64,000 nucleotides of DNA from assembly GCF_022045235.1 (NCBI RefSeq), contig NW_027266343.1:54436001-54500000 (forward strand). The letters run 5' to 3'. Made by a program: the position numbers and the translations under genes. The DNA is from Haliotis cracherodii. Lineage: Eukaryota. The stretch's first letter is position 1; each line of letters opens with the position of its first letter. Shown piece after piece: positions 38,875-52,437 of this stretch. Under the pieces are notes generated by a model that worked only from the letters and a program-made list of their open reading frames with translations, did not search any database and was not told the DNA's origin.

Positions 38875-40226
38875 TACGTTATATATCAAGTCTAGCAACA
38901 ATTGAGAACATAACAGAGAAATCCTGCAAAATATAGTCAAAGGTTCAATACATATTTGATAAAGATATTCATCATATTATTTAAACAATATTGTTATCAA
39001 AACAAGTACGTAAGAATGTTATATAGTACTCCATGTCAACCCAGTGACCTTGGTGTCAATGTTTTATACATCAACAATGTGATCAACAGACTATCTGTTG
39101 CTACAATTATCTACACAGTTTATGTCTTGCCTGGATTAGCATGGCCAGGATCAATACTCAGGTAACAGTATACCTGACAGATGTTCAACCAACCAAAACG
39201 AGATAATTACATGGCCACAACACATGATCATCAAGGGGGATATTCCGATCCTGCCACCCCACCTTATGTACCTGTCCAGCAAATCACAGGTACTAATAGT
39301 AGATCAGAATTCCAGTAAAACCTCCATTGCGGTAGTTATCACATAATACAGACACACAGAAGCACAAATAATTCATAATGTATTGAACAGTCTCCATATT
39401 CCTCATCGTGAAATGTAGTTTACCTTTTTGTTTCATGATGGTATCTCATTAACTATATCACCGTGTTATTCAAAGGTGCTCTTTTTATACTCAGCAGTTC
39501 TTCAAAGAAATAACCACAATGGACCCAATGTCCCAACCAGGTAAGCTCCAGCGGTCAAACGGCGCCACTTGATGATGACAGTGGTACAACCTCCATGGTA
39601 TGCCAAGGAACAGCTAGTTTGGCCATTATGAGTGACAAGGAAACAATTCTTGTGACGATACAACTGCTTAGAACTGTCGATATGTCCTCCACCTGGCCAA
39701 GTTGGCACGGAAATGGCTCCAAGTCACCAGAAACAATGAAACGTCAGACCTTCTCCCGTGAAGCATACAACACAATGATAAATGTTTAATCAGATGTGGA
39801 AGTTTGCGTGTTGACTTTTGACTCATGCCCCTAATCAATGTGTTAACAAGCAAGACAACACCATATAAGACATCTGCAATCATCCCTATCGTGCCGTGAA
39901 CATCCACAGAACATGGTGTTTTATTGTCGGAGCAGACCCGTCATTTTCCAGATAAACTTTCCTTATTTATAAACCTATGTTTTAAATACAATTACATCCC
40001 CTGTATGAACTACTATACATAACATGTCATTGATAGGCAGGATGAAGCAAAGACCACAGACCAACATCTGCAGTCATCCCTATCAAGCCAGGAACATCCA
40101 TAGAACATGGTGTTTTTCATGTTAGCAGACTCATCACTTTCCAAGTCCTAGTTTCCGCTTATAGAGCTGAGGCAACCTAAATAATTTACAACATGCTATA
40201 AACATCTTATTAACCATACATGTTTT

Positions 40227-40503
40227 CGTTTGTTTGTTTGTTTGTTTGTTTGTTGTTTAACGCCGCATAGAGCAATATTTCAGCTATATGACGGTTGTCT
40301 GTAAATAATGGAGTCTGGACCAAACAATCCAGTGATTGACATCATGAACATCAATCCATGTAATTGGGATCGATGACATGCATCAACCAAGTCAGCCAGC
40401 CTGACCACCCGATCCCGTTTATCGCCTCTTAAAACAAGCATCGTTGCCTTCAAGGCAAGCATGGGTTGCTGAAGACCTATTCTAACCCGGATCTTCACGG
40501 GTC
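40227..40503 (-). mobile_element. Retroposon family 2, full length
   Basis: Starts GACCCGTGAAGATCCGGGTTAGAATAGGTCTTCAG and ends GCGGCGTTAAACAAC(AAAC)n. Confidence 0.9.
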
Positions 40504-40508
40504 ACCAT

Positions 40509-40921
40509 TAGGGATGCAGCAAATACACTATGAGCCGAATACAATTTATATCACGAATATAGGGTAATGAATACGAATATTAATGCACTAATACAGTAAT
40601 AAGTCAGCAGTCGATGTATTTTATGTTATATATTTATATACTGCACTTGTCCAGGTTCTTAGTCTTAGTATCTGCTCAAATGCTACAATGACCAGTGACC
40701 AATTGCAAATTTCATGTCAAATTGAATTTTATAAGAGTGTTGTCTTCAAAGAAATCTATGCATATCATATGTTCTTATGTATGTTTTAGGTACAGGGAAT
40801 GTAAATGCACATGATTGCATATTCATAAATATTCGATTCTAGTGGCCACAAATAACGAATTCAATTCATGAATGGATATGGTTCGATTCACTAAATATGC
40901 AAGTGAATCGTAACTGCCCTA
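40509..40921. mobile_element. hAT-type MITE
   Basis: TAGGG...CCCTA termini, subterminal CGAAT repeats, 8-bp TSD GTCAC(C/A)AT. Confidence 0.75.
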
Positions 40922-41495
40922 GTCACAATACATGTCATTGATAGGCATAATGAAGTTAATTCAAAGAGACTCATGGTATATGGATATTAATTTCTTATCA
41001 TTAAAGGCATTGAGGAAGAGACAAGAGTACCTTGTAGTTTGGAAACATTGTGCATACAGAATACAGAAGCTGAGATTCATATATCCTGTGTCTCTAGATA
41101 CTCATATATAACCTTTACAAGCGTTACAAAAGACCTACTGACACGATTTTGACCCACAATCACCAAAATAAACATGACCATGTCAGATTCACCTCATGGC
41201 CATACACCCAATGAATGCTGTCTGGTCCTGAAAACACGAAAACAGGAAAACAAGAATCAAGGTTGGATCCAAAGCGACGGTCCATTCTTCCCCTCATTGA
41301 CACTTCCTAGTTCAAAGGCGTGCATAACGGTGAGCGAAATCACGATAATCAATGGGACAACAGATCCAATGGAGGAGAAGGCGGGATTGAAACACACAAC
41401 ATCCTGAAGAATGTCCGAGGTGACATTGAGGTAACTGCCGTGAACAGAGCTATCCTTGTGGAGATGTCCACGTGCAATCATACAAATATCCATAC

Positions 41496-41610
41496 CTGAG
41501 TTCTCTTCATTCCTAGTCGGGCTCTTCCCAGTACATGTCACCAGTTTCCGTAGCGACGATGCCAGAAACTTGCAGCAGAGTTTCTGAGACTTGGTTTTCC
41601 AGCATCCCAT
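41496..41610 (-). CDS. KCNIP: Probable first coding exon of the same KChIP gene (MGCWKTKSQKLCCKFLASSLRKLVTCTGKSPTRNEENS)
   Basis: ACAATGG Kozak context. 38 codons plus 1 nt end at CAG|GTATGG (phase 1), which joins the 34856 acceptor in frame to make GAT (Asp). The CC/basic segment resembles palmitoylated KChIP N-termini. Non-repetitive sequence. Confidence 0.65.
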
Positions 41611-42364
41611 TGTTCGACTGTTTTTGTAAAACTCACTTTTCTTGAAATATAGTTATGCAGGTTTGTGCTTAATTCAATCTACTGGATGAAAAATGTAGTA
41701 GTTAAGCTTCTCCAATCAATAATGGGAATCTTGCGGATTTGAATGTATTTCTCGCCAGTGGAGGCGCAACAAGGGAATTGGACGTAAATAGCGGCACAAT
41801 TATGCCTAGCAGGAACTGCTACTCCACTGGTCCGCTGACATAATACACCACTGGCTTTACCATGCTGGGAGAACACATCACATAGGTTCCGCCAGATAGT
41901 CATGCAAAATATTTATGAACTTGATGAAAAATTTGCATACGTTAGACATTAATGTATTATCCCTAATCACTGGTGGAAATACGATAAAGGCTCGGGGCTC
42001 AACCAGCTTCACTTTTTCCATCACAGCCGAATGAAGCCAATTTTTCTAACTCATAGTCAATATATGTTCCTGGTCCTGCAGGATTGACAACTACAAAGTG
42101 ACTGCAGATGGACGTCTGCTGGGTTCCAGTGTGACATTCACATGGCTGTCTGCCACACTCAAGACCATCTGCCCACAGGGATTCGGTGTGGAGTACGGCA
42201 TCTCCTCAAGATGTTGTTTTCCTCCTACCATTGTAATTGCACATCAGAACAGGTTACCTGGTCAACAGGCGACAAGCACCAACGGACCACCGTGTTGCAA
42301 CTTGCTTACGTAACAGGATGGTCATCTGAATAATATAATGTATCTGCATGCCTTTTGTTGACAG

Positions 42365-42666
42365 GCCACATAAACTGGTGTTTATGCTTATCTTACCTTA
42401 TTATATTCCACATAAGCTGGTGTTTATGACAGTATGACCTTAGTATATTCCACATAAGCTGGTGTTTATTATGGTATGACCATAGGGTATTCCACATAAG
42501 CTGGTGTTTATGACAGTATGATCTTAGGGTATTCCACATAAGCTGGTGTTTATTATGGTATGACCCTATATATTCCACATAAGCTGGGGTTTATGCTGAT
42601 ATGAACTTGGTATATTTCACATAAGCTGGTGTTTATGACAGTATGACCTTAGTATATTCCACATTA
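42365..42666. repeat. 42-bp minisatellite with alternating variants
   Basis: cacataagctggtgtttat..., about 7 units. Confidence 0.92.
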
Positions 42667-43370
42667 GCTCTCCTCATTTTGCCACCACTTATTTAGAATT
42701 GGTGAAGCAGTCTTGCGGGGTGATAGGGAGAACAATAGCAGATAGCAAGGTCGTCTCAATTTCTTGCTTAAAAGGTTTACACTTCCACAGAACAGTATTT
42801 CACAGAACTAACCTATCCTAAGATACTTGTGATCTCTGATAGTAAATACTCGGAAAAAGAAGCAAACAGCAGATTGGGATGGATTACTGCCTAAAGCTTC
42901 ACCAGCGATTCATTAACATGTTCAACACATAACTGTAACACACACAAGCTAGATATTTGCCTCCACTTAGTCAAAACTAACCACACAGTGCAAAACAGCA
43001 CACACCAAGTCCAAAAGATGTAACTATTCTAGGCCAGTAATAATTAACATAGTAGGACGTAGTCAACTATGGCGCCACACCCAATGCACATGTTATCTAT
43101 CCCCTGTAGATAACAGGATGACGTGTGCAAATTCCAATGTCACACTCCATCAACCATGCCTGCAGCTATTGTAAATTTGTATTATTCCATGCAACATAGG
43201 ACTAGTAAGGATGAGGCCGCGGCACATTTTGTATACCAAAGAAGGATTCTTGGACGGAATAGGTCCCAGCACCTCTTGCTCATGGCACTTCTTACACAAT
43301 CTACTCCGAAAAAGTAAATAGTTGTTCAAGCTATCATCCATTGGCTATTGTTTCAGTCTCTATTATTTAC

Positions 43371-43712
43371 TAGGGGTGAAACGATACAGCCAGGTCATGA
43401 TACGATATGTATCACGATACATGGGTCATGATATTATAGGTATTGCGATACCCATACATGTATTTCCTTAATATTAATATTTGAAACTTCTTGACTATAA
43501 CAACTCCAAAGCAGGTTCAAAAGGAAAAGCTAGCTGTAGTCACATGTTAGTAACGGCTATTTCTAGTAGTGAACTTGTAATATTTGACTGAAAACAATGC
43601 CGGGCGTCATTAAACGAGAAGTAAGTTATATATTTTAGCAAGTGTATCAACAAAACGTATCATATATTGATCATGGCATGAAAACTCACGATTCACCGGT
43701 GTTTCACCTCTA
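43371..43712. mobile_element. hAT-type MITE inserted in a plus-strand family 2 tail
   Basis: TAGGGGTGAAAC...GTTTCACCTCTA TIR, perfect 8-bp TSD TTATTTAC, CGATA subterminal repeats. Confidence 0.88.
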
Positions 43713-43880
43713 TTATTTACAGACAACCGTTACAGGGCTGTAATATTGCTGACACAGCATGAAGCCACATCCACTCACTCCCATTGTCAAGTGTAGCACC
43801 ATAGCAGGGGAGGACAATGTACATCTCACAAACATGTTCCTGTTCTGAGATGAGCAACATTTTAGTTCCGTCTGATCATA

Positions 43881-44091
43881 GGTTTTCGGACGTCATACGT
43901 TTTTGGATGGTCGTGTTTTTCGCGATTACTCGCGCTATGACGGGGATTGTAGCATCACACAGACATATTAAATACTCAGGTGATGGCTTGTTTTAAAGAG
44001 GAAGTTGTCTTTGATAAGTTAATGAGATGTTTTACAGTCGTCCGTGTGATTAGAGAGAAAACTATTAATGTTTCGTAAGCGCCTGAAAACC
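43881..44091. mobile_element. MITE with ~18-bp imperfect TIRs and TA flanks
   Basis: TA|GGTTTTCGGACGTCATACG ... CGTAAGCGCCTGAAAACC|TA. Confidence 0.6.
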
Positions 44092-46699
44092 TATAACATG
44101 GGGATACTGTATCGAAACAACTGTCATCCGGTCATACCAGTGTCAGAGTTGTAGGACTGTTTACAGCATGCAGTCTTCTAGCATGGAATGAAGGGGATCC
44201 CTGCCTTCACTACACAATCAGGAATGTCTATTATCCTAGCATAGGACTAAACTCCCATCCTAGAGGCAATTCAGTCTAAGTCTGGATATTGTAATTAGCG
44301 ATTTGTGTCAAACTGAAACATTGTCTGTGGGTAATCATTAACTGCAAGACAGATAAACATAATAAAATTGAGTTCATATTAGTGGGTTTTGATTAACTTT
44401 GATAAAACTGGAAATGTCAAATGGTCAGAAGCTGGTCCTCTTTTTTAACTCAGCTAATGACGTACAAGAGACGATACCATATTTCCTCTAATAAGCACAG
44501 ACCTCATACGGCAAGGGGAAATACGGTATATGGCAACTATCATTGTACTAAGCGTAATTTCCATTGGGATTTCTTTTACCATCGAACAGACAGGGCATGA
44601 ATGGGTTTGACACCTTGCATTGTACTCATTTTGGGAATGAAGTTTCAAGTGAACTACTTGCCTACTCTGCCTCCCCAGGCCTCCCGAAGTCTGATATGTG
44701 ATAAACAAGCCACCTTCAGTTTGTTTGGGACATACTTTTCTGAGTGGGAGAATAAATCCCTTATACCCCACCATGAAGAAAATAGGCTGCATGTGGATTT
44801 CTGAATGAGACAATACATCTCTTGCACCTCGCAACAAAACAAAAGGGACATTGTTTACAAGTCAATGAAAGTGACATAGCACAGACATTAATCTCAGCTC
44901 AATTGAACAGATGTTTTCTTTCAAGTTTAAATTTGTTTTCAATTTACCATGACGGATTGACCCATGTTGGCAAGATGATCACATGTTACCCGAGTGATAC
45001 TGCTACAACTTGTATCGGTATTTCTCCAACAGACATCTGTAGCTGACAAATGATATGGGCATACTAGACAATATGTCAGGCTTAACTCAGAGTTCTGAAA
45101 TAGAAGGAGATATTATATCACACCAATATATATGACCACTCGCAACAAATTGTTTCCATAAACAGGCCTGGTTGGTCACTGCTCTCTCATTCTCCCATAC
45201 AATCCAATGTGTTACACCGACACCTACTAACATCAGGGTGAAGAAAGTACCAGAACTAAACCTCAGAACTAAAATTAGGGCATGCAACACTTAGCCTGAA
45301 GACAGCAAAACCCGAAACTTTTCTAGTCAATCTGACAAGAGCACTATTGCTGCAGCTAGAGAGCAATCTCGGGGCATTTACAATATGGATTAAGAACAGA
45401 ATCCCATCATGTCTGTCAAAATGGAGGAAAGGTGATGGAATCACAGAAACACATCTTACCTACACCACTGTCATGGCTGGAGGGCGGACATTGTAATACG
45501 CTCCCTGCTTGTCTAAATGAATTAAAGTGTCTTCACACACCATAAGAGGGTCCCAAGAGATCAGAAAGCCTGACGTTGGTGAATTTGAATGTTGTTGTTT
45601 ATCAATAATTAACACCAGGACAGGAACCAGATGGACTGGACTGGGTATCTGTTCGTTCCCTGTGGTACAGCTCCACCATGGAGGTGGCATCCCCACTCCT
45701 CTTGGACAGACTCCAAATACGAACATCTATCAATTGTCTTTTTCAGACTAGACTGTTTGTTCAAGCAAAAAAGAAACTTCTAACTTAACACGGTCCTGCA
45801 CTGTTGTCCAAATCATGGACAACCCTCGAAAGTCACTGTATTCTCGTTCAGGGAACATGTTAGAAATAAGTCAGATATAAATCAGGAAATATCCCAACAT
45901 TGCTGCTTGATGAGTTGAACATGGCAAGTCTTGTCTCAAACAAGGAGCAGTTCAGCATATAGACTTTTCTACAAAGTAGTCTATCGGACAAATTTGCGAT
46001 AAATTTTGTAATTGATAACAAGAATCCCTAAAGTCAGTCAGTCGTACTGTGGAAGTTCTTCGTTGATAATATACATGTTGCATTATCATAACCCAAGTGC
46101 TTTCTAGTTGATGTTTTGATCAATTTCTGAAGCAAGTGTTGAGCTATCCTCTAAGAAATCAATAAGGCCCATCTCTATAGACTTATTCCTACAAATAGAC
46201 CCTGATTTCTGATAAAATGTCAGATAGCTAGAAGTTGGAGAAGATCGAAGTGCTAAGCATAAAGACTTAAGTAATATTAATGCGGCGCCTTGTAGATATA
46301 CCATTTCGTATTGGTATACATCCTTAGCCAAAATGGCTTCTGAGCAACCGGATAGTTTATAGTATATCTCAATGTATATCTCTAAATCCAAAAAATTATT
46401 AATGATATGATTGTCAATAACATTGTTGAATAACAAAATGAAATTAAAAATGTCCTCATCAGATGAAAAATTGAATATTTATTGATTTTTTTGGTTTTCA
46501 TAGCCACAGTTGTAAAAAACACCAACAGAATAATGCCAAGCAAAGCTAATTGAAATTCCGCTACACACGGGCTGGGGAAATCAATACCTCACTGCGAGAT
46601 GTGTGTTCAAGGTGAGCTGGAGGCCTGTGGTGGAGGCCATCATATTAATAAGCCGCACAACACTAGAGGCTGGCCTCTGTACAATAGCCTTGCAGACAT

Positions 46700-47185
46700 C
46701 AGTGAGTGAGCTGGGTTTGAACCTCTTTTGTACATTGTTTCAGTTATATCCCAGCATGTTCGCTTGATGCAGGAGGACAAGCATAAGTATTGGGGGAGGG
46801 TTTGTTTGTTTGTGTCAGTGATTTACATTATGAGCGTTGCACTCAGTGATATTCCATGTATATGATGGAGGCCTGTAAATAATTGTGTCGGGACCAGACA
46901 ATCCAGTGATTGACATTACGAGTGTTGCACACAGCAATATTCCATCTATACGAGGGAGGCCAGTAAATAATTGTCTGGACCATGCAATCCAGTGATTGAC
47001 ATTATGATCATCGATCGACGCAATTGTGATACACTGACAAGCCATCAACAAACCACAAGAACAGGTTGCTTGGGACCCATTATTTAACAATATTCCAACA
47101 ATATCATAATGGGGAACACCAAATATTGTTATCAAACCTGGGTTTTGAGATGTGATGAGCTAACAAATTAACAACTAGCCTACCA
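46700..47185 (-). mobile_element. Cluster of rearranged fragments of SINE families 3, 2 (3' end duplicated) and 1
   Basis: Repeated aatattcc...gtaaataattg...caatccagtgattgacatta blocks. Confidence 0.6.
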
Positions 47186-47221
47186 ACACTTATTTGGAGG
47201 ATTGAAAACTATTTGTTCAGA

Positions 47222-47391
47222 GTGAGTGAGTGAGTGAGTATGGTTTTACGCCGCTTTTAGCAATATTCCAGCAATATCACGGCGGGGGACACCATAAATG
47301 AGCTTCACACATTGTACCCATGTCGGGAATCGAACTCGGGTCTTCAGCGTGACGAGCGAACGCTTTAACCACTAGGCTACCCGACCGCCCC
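47222..47391 (-). mobile_element. tRNA-derived SINE family 1, best-preserved copy
   Basis: GGTAGCCTAGTGGTTAAAGCG A box, GAGTTCGATTCC B box, GCTGGAATATTGCTAAAAGCGGCGTAAAAC(ACTC)n tail, 12-13-bp TSD (C)TATTTGTTCAGA. Confidence 0.95.
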
Positions 47392-48359
47392 TATTTGTTC
47401 AGAAAGAAAATGACATTTGGTTCATACTTCGAAAACTGGAATATAAATAGTTTCAGCTACACGTCGCACTAATTGTAATAAAGAAGTTGTTCATCCATAG
47501 AACTTGTCTTACTTGATCACACCAACTTCTAAATGCCACTGAAAGAAGTTAGTTTCAGTAAGAATATCATGTTATCAGCTGAATGAAAATGGTAAAAACA
47601 AACAAAACGGTCCAAATAATTTGGTCAAGTCATTTTAAAAAACAGAATACTCACAACATTTCAATGTAAACGCTGCATCTGAATCTTACCATCAGATGAT
47701 TGAAGGCATGATAGGGACAGTTCATTGCTTTCAAATATAAAAAAAAGACTAATTCTCATCTGCGATAAATGAAATACCACTTTGCCACAATGGAAATGAT
47801 TCCATATTGATATACAAGGATGCTGCCTCTGGGGAGGCCATATCAATAAAATCGTAATGCTATCATCAATTTCATTTCCTGTACTCCGAACACAACCAGT
47901 CATCCATGAAAGTGCCCTCCTCACAGGAAACAGCGCAGCCAGCCATCAAGGCCCACTGCCAAGGGTTTAGAATCAAACACCACTGTATTTCACTCTAGAG
48001 CTGCTGATAATCTTTTTGCTACTTTTGTTGACATGTGTTGTGACTAGAAGCTAAAAGCTGGATTTTTCTAATAATATTATAATTATTGAAAAACTGCTTA
48101 TTTTTCAGTCTAAAAGGTTTTCCATGAAATTATGGCAATATTAATCCCATTTGGTCTTCTTCCATTGATCACTGCCTGAATTTCTTCAATAACTCTCAAA
48201 GTCCCCATTGGCAGAATGAGGTAAGCCCAATGTCTCCACTGGTTCTTCAACACACATACCCCATCATGCAAACTGAACAAGTCGTTGAAAGGGGGACTGC
48301 AAAATGAAGTAAGACACATCTAAATACAGAATGTTGATTTTAGAAACACTCGGAAAATG

Positions 48360-49160
48360 AGCATGAGTTGGTGAGTTGGTCTAGTTTGATGCATCCACAC
48401 ATCTACAAAGACATGGTGCTGAAAAACCAAACATAATCAGGACTAATCTATGAACATAGGATCATGGGACACCTAAGGGACACAACTCTGCACAGAGATG
48501 ATGAGGCTTCAAGACAACTGAATTCTCCAGTCTTTTAGCCAAGGCAGCTACATGTTAACAAAGACATGGTGCTGAGAAAACAAACATAATCAAGACTAAT
48601 CTATGAACATAGGATCATGAGACACCTAAGGGACGTAACTCTCCACCAAAAATTGCTGAACTATAGATGACGACTCTCTGTGCTCCTCCATATCATGGAC
48701 CACAAGTGAGCACGTCTGACCACTGCCTTTAGCAAAAGTAAATCATATCAGTGAAGAAGACATCAACAATGGGCTTCACACATGGGAATCTAACCAAGGT
48801 GTTTTGGTGTGACGAGCCAACACTGTAACCACTAGGCAACACGCCCACCCCTCTGGCGACGTAGTGACCACCCCTCTGACAACTGATGTGTCAAACAACT
48901 TACTCAAATACATTCTCACAGTCCCATTTCCTCACCCTTATTTATCCATTAAGTTCAGTTTCTTTTGTTTTTTATTTGTTTTTTTGTTTAATGCCACATT
49001 CACAAAATTCCAGCTATATGTCCGTGGGCTGTAAATGACCAGCTCTGGATGGGACAGTGTAGTGATTAACATCATGAGCATCAATCCACACAATTGGGTC
49101 ACGATTTCGTGCACAAACCAAAGTCCCTGAGCTGACCTTGTGATTCTGTTTGTTGCTTTA
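48360..49160 (-). mobile_element. Degenerate SINE fragments (family 3 with an ~85-bp segment duplicated, family 1, family 2)
   Basis: acaaagacatggtgctg...taagggac at ~48406 and ~48558; family 1 head at ~48840; family 2 tail at ~48985. Confidence 0.6.
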
Positions 49161-49676
49161 AGTTCATGAATATACTGAAGTCTAGTTGACCTTAATACTC
49201 AGAATCACTATCCTGTGTGAGTATATATTTTTTTGCGTTTTATATTTTTCGCATTACGGACCCACCAGCTCTAATTTTTTACCCCACCGATAGCCACCGA
49301 TAGCCACGTACTCAGTTATTTTATTTGTTATCATCACCTTTTGATAAAAAACATAGGAATTTACCGTTGTAAACTAGTAAAGAGATACATAATTGATCTT
49401 TGTTGATCTCGAAGCCGAACATGAATAGCCCTCCCTTGACAATGGTCAGTGTTGTAAGTGGTAGAATTTTTATTGTTACAAGGGGCTTTATCGTCACAAA
49501 TGGCGGTCTTTTGAGCACAGAATATGTTCATAAAATATGCCAGAGACATTCTGCATTAAAAAATAATGCATCTGGCATCTTCTTTTTTTCCCCTCCTCCA
49601 ACCCTGGACTTTGGGCTGAAAAATTCGTAATCCTAAAAATAAACAAACCTGGCCTTACATGTCTCCCCAGTTGACG

Positions 49677-52185
49677 CAACTGCTACATGTCTATTATGTC
49701 GATCCAACTGCTGCATGTCTATTATGTCGGTCCAACTGCTACATGTCTATTATGTCGGTCCAACTGTTTACATGTCTATTATGTCGGTCCAACTGCTGCA
49801 TGTCTATTATGTCGGTCCAACTGCTGCATGTCTATTATGTCAGTCCAACTGCTGCATGTCTATTATGTCAGTCCAACTGCTGCATGTTTATTATGTTGAT
49901 CCAACTGCTGCATGGCTATTATGTCGATCCAACTGCTACATGGCTATTATGTCGGTCCAACTGCTACATGTCTATTATGTCGATCCAACTGCTACATGGC
50001 TATTATGTCGATCCAACTGCTGCATGTCTATTATGTCAGTCCAACTGCTACATGTCTATTATGTCGGTCCAACTGCTGCATGTCTATTATGTCGGTCCAA
50101 CTGCTGCATGTCTATTATGTCGATCCAACTGCTACATGGCTATTATGTCAGTCCAACTGCTGCATGTCTATTATGTCAGTCCAACTGCTACATGTCTATT
50201 ATGTCGATCCAACTGCTACATGTCTATTATGTCGGTCCAACTGCTACATGTCTATTATGTCGATCCAACTGCTGCATGTCTATTATGTCAGTCCAACTGC
50301 TACATGTCTATTATGTCAGTCCAACTGCTGCATGTCTATTATGTCGGTCCAACTGCTACATGTCTATTATGTCGATCCAACTGCTACATGTCTATTATGT
50401 CAGTCCAACTGCTGCATGTCTATTATGTCAGTCCAACTGCTACATGTCTATTATGTCGATCCAACTGCTGCATGTCTATTATGTCAGTCCAACTGTTTAC
50501 ATGTCTATTATGTCGATCCAACTGCTACATGGCTATTATGTCAGTCCAACTGCTGCATGTCTATTATGTCGGTCCAACTGCTACATGTCTATTATGTCGA
50601 TCCAACTGCTACATGGCTATTATGTCAGTCCAACTGCTGCATGTCTATTATGTCAGTCCAACTGCTACATGTCTATTATGTCGATCCAACTGCTACATGT
50701 CTATTATGTCGGTCCAACTGCTACATGTCTATTATGTCGATCCAACTGCTGCATGTCTATTATGTCAGTCCAACTGCTGCATGTCTATTATGTCGATCCA
50801 ACTGCTACATGTCTATTATGTCGGTCCAACTGCTACATGTCTATTATGTCGATCCAACTGCTGCATGTCTATTATGTCAGTCCAACTGCTGCATGTCTAT
50901 TATGTCGATCCAACTGCTGCATGTCTATTATGTCAGTCCAACTGCTACATGTCTATTATGTCAGTCCAACTGCTACATGGCTATTATGTCGATCCAACTG
51001 CTACATGTCTATTATGTCGATCCAACTGCTACATGTCTATTATGTTGATCCAACTGCTACATGTCTATTATGTCGGTCCAACTGCTACATGTCTATTATG
51101 TCGGTCCAACTGCTGCATGTCTATTATGTCGATCCAACTGTTGCTTGTTTATTATGTTGATCCAACTGCTACATGGCTATCATGTCGATCCAACTGCTAC
51201 ATGGCTATCATGTCGATCCAACTGCTGCATGTCTATTATGTCGGTCCAACTGCTGCATGTCTATTATGTCGGTCCAACTGTTGCATGTCTATTATGTCGA
51301 TCCAACTGTTGCATGTTTATCATGTTGATCCAACTGCTACATGGCTATTATGTCGATCCAACTGCTGCATGTCTATTTTGTCGATCCAACTGCTACATGT
51401 CTATTATGTCGGTCCAACTGCTACATGTCTATTATGTCGGTCCAACTGCTACATGTCTGTTATGTCGATCCAACTGTTGCATGTTTATTATGTTGATCCA
51501 ACTGCTACATGGCTATTATGTCGATCCAACTGCTACATGGCTATTATGTCGGTCCAACTGCTACATGTCTATTATGTCGATCCAACTGCTACATGGCTAT
51601 TATGTCGGTCCAACTGCTACATGTCTATTATGTCGATCCAACTGCTACATGGCTATTATGTCGGTCCAACTGCTACATGGCTATTATGTCGATCCAACTG
51701 CTACATGGCTATTATGTCGGTCCAACTGCTACATGTCTATTATGTCGATCCAACTGCTACATGGCTATTATGTCGGTCCAACTGCTACATGTCTATTATG
51801 TCGATCCAACTGCTACATGGCTATTATGTCGGTCCAACTGCTACATGGCTATTATGTCGATCCAACTGCTACGTGTCTATTATGTCGATCCAACTGCTAC
51901 ATGGCTATTATGTCGATCCAACTGTTTACATGTCTATTATGTCGGTCCAACTGCTACATGTCTATTATGTCGGTCCAACTGCTACATGGCTATTATGTCG
52001 GTCCAACTGCTACATGTCTATTATGTCAGTCCAACTGCTGCATGTCTATTATGTCGATCCAACTGTTTACATGTCTATTATGTCGGTCCAACTGCTACAT
52101 GTCTATTATGTCGGTCCAACTGCTGCATGTCTATTATGTCGGTCCAACTGCTACATGTCTATTATGTCGATCCAACTGCTACATG
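49677..52185. repeat. 28-bp minisatellite (tccaactgctacatgtctattatgtcgg), about 90 units
   Basis: Direct inspection; explains the overlapping plus-strand ORFs. Confidence 0.98.
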
Positions 52186-52437
52186 TTTCTGACATTTCCA
52201 ATACGACAATTCCAGATGCTATCACAAGTATGACATATGGCGTATGGACCATATGGAAGAACAAGTCATGCTCAAACTCAGAATATCTTACATGAGGAAA
52301 CTCAGAAGTTTCCATTAACGTTTGTAAGCAGGAACCAAACAATTCCCTTTGGTCCAACAACACATTTTCACAGCCCCCAACTCTAACATACTCTTGGATT
52401 ACTCAATCACAAAAGGTATCATTTTATATATTGGTAT

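Noticed and set aside
41193-41227. Minus-strand mini-exon with a good polypyrimidine/AG acceptor and GTGAAT donor
   Set aside because: 35 bp would shift the frame between two phase-1 junctions, and no homology is recognised.
41257-41495. Hydrophobic ORF continuation resembling a transmembrane KChIP N-terminus
   Set aside because: It lies past the donor site and ends in a stop with no compatible splice donor.
45460-45726. Minus-strand ORF ending at a strong TAG|GTAAGA donor
   Set aside because: No frame gives an ATG-initiated phase-1 exon. It could be a UTR exon but is unsupported.
47315-47391. Functional tRNA gene (Asp-like), and likewise the Arg-like LTR and Leu-like segments
   Set aside because: No complete acceptor stem; embedded in repeated elements with tails, LTR ends and TSDs.
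49225-49657. Possible Kolobok-like transposon end (TAAGGCCAGG on the minus strand)
   Set aside because: No matching opposite terminus or TSD could be identified.
49659-52295. 878-aa Cys-rich ORF and overlapping ORFs
   Set aside because: The 28-bp unit lacks plus-strand stops, so all three frames are open and cycle the same peptide. This is a satellite artefact.
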